A DNA stretch of 42,313 bases from an uncultured Lentisphaerales bacterium. GTDB taxonomy: Bacteria > Verrucomicrobiota > Lentisphaeria > JABSQK01 > UBA12247. Positions 10,261 through 18,203 of the stretch are shown here, one piece after another. A program made the position numbers and the translations under genes. Below the pieces are notes generated by a model. It did no database searches, had not been told where the DNA came from, and saw only the letters and a list, made by a program, of their open reading frames with translations. The stretch covers positions 1-42,313 of the forward strand of contig CALSSJ010000006.1 of assembly GCA_943788985.1 (NCBI GenBank), given 5' to 3'. Within the stretch, counting starts at the first letter, position 1, and every line of letters begins with the position of its first letter.

Positions 10261-11275
10261 AGCTACAGCGCAAGCCCCCCCGTAGCGAGCTCCAGAACTC
10301 AGACGGTTGTCCCAAGTAATGGCCGACAGCCAACAGCCGGAGTCAGGAGAGCACCAAAAACTGCTCGTAATTCAGAGCATATCACTTTGGAGGGAACAGG
10401 CCGGGTTCAACCTGGGACGTCTGAGACCTGGAGCTCCTCTCCAGCCTTCCCCTACTTCTGAGCTTCCTGTCAAAAAGCGGGGTCGTCGCGTGCCGCGTTA
10501 TACAGGGAGGCCGGAGAGGTCCAATCTTCAGCTTTGGGAACTCAGAGCAGGTCGCGGGCTTTCACGCGCTGATATTGGCTCACCAGCTGGACCATTACAT
10601 CTTACGAGCGAGATCAAGGACCAACATGCCGCGACGGCGCAAATCACGAGCCGTTTAAGCCGCAGAGAAGTCCGATAGGAGGCCCAGCGCTCTTACCAAG
10701 TGCGTGTCTGCCGCTGACCGTGCCGTTGGCGCTGTAATCGGATTATCATTTTGCTCACCCGGCCCGGCGCTGAGCCCCTCGCTTCCATGAGGCGCTTCAA
10801 TACGAGCTTTCTCTCGGTAGCAGAAGATCGATGCCGCAACACCAATGATTGTCGCAGACTTGATAAGGGCCAAGACATTAGCAATTTATAGCAACTCGCA
10901 AATACTGGATTCGAGGGACACACGCTCGTACTCAGGCCCAAGCAGACTGTCTTGCGTCACTGCCGTAGTATGCCAAAGGCTACGGTGTAATCTCCGAACT
11001 CCTCAGAAACATTTTCGGAAGCCTGATTGGTGAGCGACAACAACGATGGAACACGTAAAAGACAATCGAATGCCCCCGTCAGGACGCATTGCGGGGCAGC
11101 ATTGTCGCGCAGCTTTTACCAGAAACGTGGGAAGGTCAGGAAGAAAGAAGCACGGGAGCCTAAAGGCAAACTCGCATCTACTGCGAACACGCCTTTCGGA
11201 CGTCTTGAGATCTAGGCCTCCCGCGCGGTCGCTGTCCGGCCGCAACGAATGGAGTGCTCTGGGTTGCGCTATTTC

Positions 11276-12985
11276 TCAAGTAGCGTCGCGAATCCCAGGC
11301 GGGATCAACGACCGCCGTGAACAATGAGCCAGCGCTTGGGCCGTCTGCTCATGCCGCTGACGAGCCAGATGGCCGCCACTGTGCTCCGCGAGAATCGCGA
11401 GAATGTCCTGTGGTGCCAGATCGCCTCCGCCTAAGCGACTGCGCGCGCGAAGCTCTACCGAAAGTTCCCGAAAATCCGCCGGACTGAAGGCTGCCGTTTG
11501 TTCCTGAAACCTCTCTCGTTCCGGTTTTGCGAACTCCGCAAGCTGGATATCGCTCCGCTCCAGCACATGCCGCACGAAGTCTTCCCGATCTTCCCCTTCC
11601 GGGTCAAAAATCGGCAAGTGCAGTCCACAGCGACCGCTGCGTTTTAGGTCCGGCGCCAAGTTGTCTGGCCGAGCCGTCATCAGCACCCAGACGATTCGCC
11701 CCCGATTGCGCGGATCGCCCATCATCTTGATCACATTCCCGAATAAGCGCTGCTCGGTATCATGGCTGTCACCACCAGGCCGAGCAAAAACCGTGTCTGC
11801 CTCATCGACCAGGATGATCACATTTCCCAGCACCTCTAGGACATTGCGGATCTTCTCGAAGATCTGATCCGTCTCACCAAAAAGAGAGCCGCGCAAGTTT
11901 TTCAGCACGAGCACGACGCGGTCACAGGCGTTGGCCCAGGCCAGCATGACGTAGGTCTTGCCCACGCCATTCGGGCCACTGACCAGAATTCCAACCGGTG
12001 CAATCTCCGGATCGCCGCTCCGCAACGCATCGGTCACGCGCGCCAACTCCTGCTTCAACGCGCGATTCCCCACTACGTCATCCATGCTATGCGCTGGGCG
12101 CACCAACTCGATGTGATCCCCCAGGCGGCTTTCCAGCAGGCGGTTCAGATGCTGTGCAAAATCCCGTCGCTGCACACGGCTGTTCTGGTAGCTGCCGCCC
12201 CGCACGATCTGCTGCATCCCCAGGAGCGTCATTCCTGCGCCTAGCTCGGCGAATTCCTGCTGCGATCCGGCCAGCTTCAGCGAGGAATCGTGACGCAGGC
12301 AATGACGGAGAAAGCGCTTCCGCTCGGCCACATCCGGCAGTGGGAGGTGAAGGGGGAGCATGTGCGGGAGTCGACGCAGCTCAGCATGCACCGCGCTGCT
12401 CGTTTCCGCAATACACAGCACCAAGTGCGGAGAATCCAGAAATTCCTGATCCGTCAGCCACTCTTTGAAGAAGATGAGGCGTTGCCGCTCAACATCCGTC
12501 ATCTGCGACGACGCACGATCCGGCAACAAGCTCTCGCAATGTTCTAGCACGACGCTTACCGTCACGCCAAGCCGTGAAGCTCCTCGACAGATCTTGCGCA
12601 ACAGCACGAGGGACGGCAGAATCATCGCTGAGCTTTTCGACAGTGCTTCGCCAAAGCTGCTCGTGGCCAGCTCCTCCTCTCCCTTCTCGAACAAGGCACG
12701 ATAGCAACGCAGGGCCAATGCAAGCCGCGGCTCCGACGTATCCGGATCCACGGGCGCTTGAAATTCGATGCCGGTAGCAATGTTATAGACGATCACCAGT
12801 CTCGCGTCACCGCCGAGCCTTTGGGCCAGATACTCCTGTAATGGCAGATAGTGCGTGCCCTCTCGGTCTGACAACCACGGGCAACGGAACACGTCAAAGA
12901 CGTTCCCGGTAAGGATAAACTGATTGGTCTGGCGCGAGTTGTACGCTGCGCGCAGCGAGGCCATGAATGGCAGGTCATCGCTCAT
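11276..12985 (-). CDS. Classical-clade AAA+ ATPase with degenerate N-terminal AAA-like domain
   Basis: Walker A GPNGVGKT, pore-loop region GSLFGETD, Walker B IILVDEAD, SRH MTARPDNLAPDLKRSGR. The N-terminal ~300 aa have a P-loop-like layout without GKT. Confidence 0.9.
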   Translation of the reverse strand: MSDDLPFMASLRAAYNSRQTNQFILTGNVFDVFRCPWLSDREGTHYLPLQEYLAQRLGGDARLVIVYNIATGIEFQAPVDPDTSEPRLALALRCYRALFEKGEEELATSSFGEALSKSSAMILPSLVLLRKICRGASRLGVTVSVVLEHCESLLPDRASSQMTDVERQRLIFFKEWLTDQEFLDSPHLVLCIAETSSAVHAELRRLPHMLPLHLPLPDVAERKRFLRHCLRHDSSLKLAGSQQEFAELGAGMTLLGMQQIVRGGSYQNSRVQRRDFAQHLNRLLESRLGDHIELVRPAHSMDDVVGNRALKQELARVTDALRSGDPEIAPVGILVSGPNGVGKTYVMLAWANACDRVVLVLKNLRGSLFGETDQIFEKIRNVLEVLGNVIILVDEADTVFARPGGDSHDTEQRLFGNVIKMMGDPRNRGRIVWVLMTARPDNLAPDLKRSGRCGLHLPIFDPEGEDREDFVRHVLERSDIQLAEFAKPERERFQEQTAAFSPADFRELSVELRARSRLGGGDLAPQDILAILAEHSGGHLARQRHEQTAQALAHCSRRSLIPPGIRDAT

Positions 12986-13027
12986 TCGCTACCGCCAGCT
13001 CGCTGCAGGTCAGGCATGAAAGTCAGG

Positions 13028-13816
13028 CTAAAGATTTCGGGCGGCAGCACCGCTCTCGGCTTCGCTCTGTTCCGCCGCCGACGGGGCTTTGGCCTGGGCT
13101 TCCGCAAGCATCGCTGCGAAGACGTCGTTTGCCTCAGTCTGGGCGCCAGCCTGTAGCAGCTCTTCGTCCAAGCCTTGCTCCTCGACGGCAGGCGCAGCGA
13201 GCTCACCGGACAGCTTGGCTTGGGCGAGCAGTGTTGCCCGCCGCGTTTCGATCGCCTGCAAGTTGCGATCATCTAAATTTGAACTCAGCGCATTCAGGCG
13301 GTCATTCAGCGAGATGATCTGCTGGCTGCTGACGATATCAGCGATCGCCGCCGCCTCGCGGTTGCCTAGGTCCTTGATCCGGCTGTCCATCTCCTGCAAC
13401 TTCGTGCGGTAGTTCCCCACCTTGCCGCGCATCCCTTCGATCTCCTCCTGCAACGCATCCATTTGCGCATCAAGGCCCTGATCTTGGGCGTACAACGCAT
13501 TGAAAGCCTCCTGATACTTCGGCTCATTCGTCTGCTGGTACTTCAGCACCGCGCCCTGCATCTTGGTCTTTACCTCCTGCTGCTTGGTCGCGAGCTCCTC
13601 GCTCGAATTTCGTTTCTGCTCGAGCACCATCATCAGCTGGGCGACGGCCTCGCGGACCTCGCTGTATTGCTTGGTCCACTTCTCCCTAGTCTTCGAGAAT
13701 GTCGTTCGAACTCCACCTGGCGTGGTTAGCATTTTGTCGGTGGCGCCATCGACGTCCCCTCCGATTAACCCACCAAGGGTGACTATATAACGATATATCG
13801 ACCCGAACATACCCAT
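13028..13816 (-). CDS. PspA/IM30(Vipp1)-like coiled-coil protein (ESCRT-III superfamily)
   Basis: ~262 aa, all-helical; amphipathic N-terminus MGMFGSIYRYIVTLGG; long heptad hairpin; C-terminal AQAKLSGELA...LDEEL...FAAMLAE as in PspA; AAGGAG RBS before ATG 13816. Confidence 0.72.
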   Translation of the reverse strand: MGMFGSIYRYIVTLGGLIGGDVDGATDKMLTTPGGVRTTFSKTREKWTKQYSEVREAVAQLMMVLEQKRNSSEELATKQQEVKTKMQGAVLKYQQTNEPKYQEAFNALYAQDQGLDAQMDALQEEIEGMRGKVGNYRTKLQEMDSRIKDLGNREAAAIADIVSSQQIISLNDRLNALSSNLDDRNLQAIETRRATLLAQAKLSGELAAPAVEEQGLDEELLQAGAQTEANDVFAAMLAEAQAKAPSAAEQSEAESGAAARNL

Positions 13817-14087
13817 GGTATCAGGCTCCTTCACAAGGTTTTGGCGTAGCCGTCAAGATAACGGAAAAGAGAACGAAAGCAAAGGCAACTAGCACGGGTT
13901 AGGAGGATCGCTCCCCGCGCCACGGCCGCCGCCGAAACAGACTACCATGGAGCGAAGACGGCACCAATTCTTTCGAACATGCAGCTTTGCCGCATCGGTC
14001 CCTGCAATTTTGTGATCCTCTCTCGCTTCAGCCCCAAGTCTCGGTATAGTACGGCATTGCTGAACACAGACAAAGGGTGACCCCAAT

Positions 14088-15278
14088 ATGAGGCATGTGA
14101 TTGTAGCGCTGACAACAATTCTGTTGCTGGCGACTACCGCAACAGCGGTGGAAATGGACTGGAAACCAGAGTCCAAGTGGCGTCGCGGCAAGGGGACGAC
14201 TGTAGCGTCCCTGATTCGCAAAGCCGAGACCGCTGAGAAGCGCGGCCAATTTAAACGTGCGATCAAGATCTACGCGGACATCGAGACGCGGTCTGTGAAC
14301 CTGCGGAATCGCGCCAAGGCCGTTGTCATGCAGGGCATCTGCTACGACCGTCTGGGTAAGCCACACCCGGCCGCGGACAAATTCGCGCGGGCCGTAGATG
14401 AGTTCGGGACCTTCATCCCGTTCGCAGTCGTTCAGCAACACCAGATCGACATCGCGAACCGCTTTTATTTTGGAGAGAAAGAGCGGATGATGGGCTTGGC
14501 ATTCTCCAACGTGGACAAGGCGTTGGAGATTTACGACAGCGTCGCCGAGCACGCCCCCTACGGTGCCCTGACTCCCACCGCCCTCTACCGCGGGGGCTTG
14601 ATCGCCCAGCAGCTCAAAAACTATGGCGGCGCGATCGAGCGATTCGAAAAGCTACTCAAGCGGTTCCCGCCTAACCATTCGCTTGCCGTTGACACCCGGG
14701 TAGATCTGGCAAACACGCTCCTGCTCTGGGCCGCACAGGGTGATGGCGACGGTACGCTGGTCGCCCGCGCGAAGCGTGAGCTCGAGACCCTACGCAAGAC
14801 CGCTGGTGAGCATGCGCGCATCGCTGAAATCGACTCCTTGCTGGGGTCATCGAGAGAGATGGAGGCAGCACGTCTGCTCTACTTGGGCGAATTCTACCAA
14901 AGAGACGCACATCCCCGATTCGATGCCGCGCGGCGCTATCTGCAGCAAGTCGTCACCAATTTTTCTGACACTGCCAGTGCTGGTGCCGCCAGCGCCCTGC
15001 TCTCCGCCCTAAATATGCATAGCGCAGCCCTCGGTGAGAGCGAGGAACTCACACAGGAGCTTGAAAAGATGCCTGAGCTGCCGCCAGCGCCCGCCCCGCA
15101 GACGCAGGCAGACGCCCCGCGGACCGTATCACCGCCGCAGGCAACCACTCGTACACTTCCGCCCCACCCGGTGGAAAGTGCTGAAGAACCAGCACCGAAA
15201 CACCAGTCACCGCGTTCCAGCGGTCGCTGGCTTCGTCCGCTGGATGACCTTAACCTTGGCGGAGAGGCCAACGAATGA
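14088..15278 (+). CDS. bamD: Outer membrane protein assembly factor BamD-like TPR protein
   Basis: Signal peptide, TPRs (ALEIYDSVAEHAPYG, AIERFEKLLKRFP, LGEFYQR...AARRYLQQVVTNFSDT); overlaps lptE (ATGA). Confidence 0.78.
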   Translation: MRHVIVALTTILLLATTATAVEMDWKPESKWRRGKGTTVASLIRKAETAEKRGQFKRAIKIYADIETRSVNLRNRAKAVVMQGICYDRLGKPHPAADKFARAVDEFGTFIPFAVVQQHQIDIANRFYFGEKERMMGLAFSNVDKALEIYDSVAEHAPYGALTPTALYRGGLIAQQLKNYGGAIERFEKLLKRFPPNHSLAVDTRVDLANTLLLWAAQGDGDGTLVARAKRELETLRKTAGEHARIAEIDSLLGSSREMEAARLLYLGEFYQRDAHPRFDAARRYLQQVVTNFSDTASAGAASALLSALNMHSAALGESEELTQELEKMPELPPAPAPQTQADAPRTVSPPQATTRTLPPHPVESAEEPAPKHQSPRSSGRWLRPLDDLNLGGEANE

Positions 15279-15790
15279 ATCGCATCTTCCTTCTACTCGC
15301 AACCGCGGCTCTTTTCTGTGGCTGCAGCCATTATCAACTCGGTTCCCTGACACATCCGGATCTTGAAGCCATCAGTTTAGGCACACTCAAGAACGACACG
15401 ACCAATCCGCGTTTGGGGCATTTTTTGAAGCAGTCCTTGCCGACAGCCTTCGTGAGAGACGGCGGCGTCAGCATCCAACGCGACGCGACGGCGTCCCTGG
15501 ACACCACCATCACCCGCTTTCTGCTGAATGGTGTAGGCGAGGTCCCGACCCAACTCGATGACAGCGATCAGGATTCGTACCGCACATCCGTCTACGATGT
15601 TTCGGTAGACGTCACCTACACGCTCCGGCGTGTGAGCGACAATTCAGTAGTGCTCGAGTCGCGCACCGTGACCGGCCGCGCGCGCTTCTCAGAACTAGGT
15701 GACCTCAACGCAACCTTGGAAGAAGGTGCCCAGCGCGCAGTGACTGATGCAGCAAACCAGATCGTCACCGGCGTTACGGAGGCTTGGTAG
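15275..15790 (+). CDS. lptE: LPS assembly lipoprotein LptE
   Basis: Lipobox FCGC followed by HYQLG, 171 aa, C-terminal helix ending VTEAW. Confidence 0.8.
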   Translation: MNRIFLLLATAALFCGCSHYQLGSLTHPDLEAISLGTLKNDTTNPRLGHFLKQSLPTAFVRDGGVSIQRDATASLDTTITRFLLNGVGEVPTQLDDSDQDSYRTSVYDVSVDVTYTLRRVSDNSVVLESRTVTGRARFSELGDLNATLEEGAQRAVTDAANQIVTGVTEAW

Positions 15791-15815
15791 CCCTTTCGGG
15801 CCCCACAGCGCGCAC

Positions 15816-16673
15816 ATGGTTGACTCACTGGACGCTTTCCGCGCCCTGTTCACACCACGCTACCTAAATCTTGACGGGCACAGGTACCATTACGTTGATG
15901 TCGGTAGCGGCCCCACCGTGGTCATGCTCCATGGCAACCCCAGCTGGTCGTTTTACTACCGCAACCTCATTCGGGCGCTATCCACCACGCATCGCGTGAT
16001 TGTCCCCGATCACATGGGCTGCGGACTATCAGACAAGCCAGCGGCCTATCCCTATCAACTCGAGACTCACGTGCAGAACCTAACCGCACTTCTCGAGCAT
16101 CTTGAGGTCCAGTCGTTTGGCCTAGTCGTCCATGACTGGGGCGGTCCGATCGGCCTGAGCTACGCCGTCCAACACCCGGAGCAGATCGAGCGCATACTCG
16201 TGCTGAACACCACCTGCCGGGCGGCCTCACACTACCCCTTTCGCATTCGCGTCTGCCATGTGCCAATCCTTGGTTCGCTGCTCGTACGCGGGCTCAACTA
16301 CTTCGCCTTGGGTGCCACCTATATGGGCGTTGCTCAGCCCATGTCGGCAGCCGTCCGTCACGGCCTGGTCTCTCCCTACGATTCCTACGCCAACCGAATC
16401 GCCAACCTCAGATTTATTGAGGACATCCCGCGTGGCAGCAACCATCCAACACTCGCCCCGGCCCAAGAAGTCGAAGCCAAGCTTTGCGAACTCCGCAATA
16501 TTCCGGTAGAGCTGTGCTGGGGGATGAAGGATCCGTGCTTCACGCCCCAATTCCTCAAGGAATGGCAAGAAAGCTTTCCCGACGCACGCACGCACACTTT
16601 TGACGACGCGGGACACTACGTTCTCGAAGACGCCACCGATAAAATTATTTCCATCGCAAGCGAGTTCTTTTGA
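15816..16673 (+). CDS. Haloalkane-dehalogenase-family alpha/beta hydrolase (OleB-like)
   Basis: LHGNPSWSFYYR, PDHMGCGLSDKP, nucleophile HDWGG, WGMKD, AGHYVLED. Confidence 0.85.
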   Translation: MVDSLDAFRALFTPRYLNLDGHRYHYVDVGSGPTVVMLHGNPSWSFYYRNLIRALSTTHRVIVPDHMGCGLSDKPAAYPYQLETHVQNLTALLEHLEVQSFGLVVHDWGGPIGLSYAVQHPEQIERILVLNTTCRAASHYPFRIRVCHVPILGSLLVRGLNYFALGATYMGVAQPMSAAVRHGLVSPYDSYANRIANLRFIEDIPRGSNHPTLAPAQEVEAKLCELRNIPVELCWGMKDPCFTPQFLKEWQESFPDARTHTFDDAGHYVLEDATDKIISIASEFF

Positions 16674-16675
16674 TC

Positions 16676-17386
16676 ATGATTATCTACGGAGTAAATCCTG
16701 TCGCCGAAGCCTTGCGCAGTCCGCAAGAACTTGATTGGGTGGCCGTTGCCAAAGGCAAAGATCGCCCTGCCCTGTCCAAGATTCGCCGGAGCGCGGAACA
16801 GCGGGCCATTCCCATACGGGAAGTGGATGACATCGACCGCGAAAGCATGGCGCGAGAGAACCAGGGCGTGTGCGCATCTTGCGCGTCCTCACTCGCCAAG
16901 CCACTGCCTAAGAAGCTGGATGCGAGCCGCTACGTGCTGCTTGACGGGCTCCAAGACCCCCATAACTTTGGCGCTGCCATCCGGGTCTGCGAGTGCCTCG
17001 GCTTCCGCAACATCATCTATCATACCGGCGACTCCTGTGGTCTGACGCCCGCGGCAATCAAGTCCTCGTCCGGAGCCATCTTCCATGTCCGGCTGTTCTT
17101 TTCAAATCTCAACCGTGCTGTCCAGCGCCTTCAGGAAGACGAGATCGCGATCTGCGCCATGGAGAACACCGCTGACGCTGTGGACCTACGTGAGGCAGCA
17201 ATTCCAGAGAAATACTGCCTGGTCTTGGGCTCAGAAGGACGCGGCGTCCGCCACAACATCCTGCGGAACGCAAATCACGTCTGGCGCCTTCCGCTCGCCG
17301 GAAAAATTAATTCCCTCAACGTTTCCTGCGCACTAACCGCGGCACTCTGGGAACTGAACGGCCGGCCAAGCGCGCAACCGTCATGA
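16676..17386 (+). CDS. rlmB: TrmH/SpoU family RNA 2'-O-methyltransferase (RlmB-like)
   Basis: IYGVNPVAEAL, LDGLQDPHNFGAAIR, LVLGSEGRGV, SLNVS. Confidence 0.82.
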   Translation: MIIYGVNPVAEALRSPQELDWVAVAKGKDRPALSKIRRSAEQRAIPIREVDDIDRESMARENQGVCASCASSLAKPLPKKLDASRYVLLDGLQDPHNFGAAIRVCECLGFRNIIYHTGDSCGLTPAAIKSSSGAIFHVRLFFSNLNRAVQRLQEDEIAICAMENTADAVDLREAAIPEKYCLVLGSEGRGVRHNILRNANHVWRLPLAGKINSLNVSCALTAALWELNGRPSAQPS

Positions 17387-17474
17387 CATTTAGGACATTT
17401 GCCGGTGTGGTTGCTGCGCTGGTACTTTTGAGTTACCTTGACAGGACACGGCCGCAACCCCGAAAGCGTAGTCC

Positions 17475-18203
17475 ATGCTGAAAAATCCCGTCAAGCGTCA
17501 CTATTTCACCTTAGTAGAACTCTTAGTCGCAATGGGACTACTGAGCGTCATGATGTTGCTCATGGTAGAGCTTTCCAACCAGTCGCAGCAGTTGTGGCGG
17601 TCCACGGAGCATTCCACACGCGCCTACGAGAACTCACGGACAGCCTTCGACCAGTTGGAGCGCGACATTAAGTCCATGATTGCCAGCAGCGCGCCTAACA
17701 GGCAGGTCAAATTTGAGGTATTGACCTCTCGTCCTGACGGTCCTTCTCTCGATCCGAGCGACTGCCTGCTCTTCGCGGTCGTCTCGAGTCAGGCCCCTTA
17801 TGCCAATTCAGTTACCCGCTACAACGAGATTATCTACCGGCACCATGTCTCCCCTTCTGAGCCAGACACTCAGTATTCACTCCAACGGCAAATGGTTAGT
17901 GACAACGACGCCACCAACTGGAATTGCCTGAATCCGGATCCAGACTGGCATGAAAACGAAATTTTCGCTGGAGAAGGCAAATTTGAGACCATGATCTCAG
18001 GTGTCAGCGAATTTGAGATCAAGTTTTACGACATAAACAACAACCGAATCCCGGCAGGGACCTATGCCACACTTCCCAATCGCGTGGTGGTTAATATGGT
18101 CGTATTTGACGAAGCGCTGAGCGACGAAGTAGCCACCTTGCGGTCCCAGACAGAGCGTACGTTTTCGAAAGTGTTTTTCTTGGCGAATCTGGACGAGCAA
18201 TGA
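17475..18203 (+). CDS. Minor pilin/pseudopilin (PulJ/PilW-type; Verru_Chthon cassette protein C-like)
   Basis: YFTLVELLVAMGLLSVMM...AFDQLERDIKSM. Confidence 0.8.
   Translation: MLKNPVKRHYFTLVELLVAMGLLSVMMLLMVELSNQSQQLWRSTEHSTRAYENSRTAFDQLERDIKSMIASSAPNRQVKFEVLTSRPDGPSLDPSDCLLFAVVSSQAPYANSVTRYNEIIYRHHVSPSEPDTQYSLQRQMVSDNDATNWNCLNPDPDWHENEIFAGEGKFETMISGVSEFEIKFYDINNNRIPAGTYATLPNRVVVNMVVFDEALSDEVATLRSQTERTFSKVFFLANLDEQ

Noticed and set aside
11276..12985. AAA ATPase as PspF, FtsH or an anti-phage NTPase
   Set aside because: It has no GAFTGA loop or HTH, no TM or HEXXH protease domain, and no adjacent nuclease/effector.
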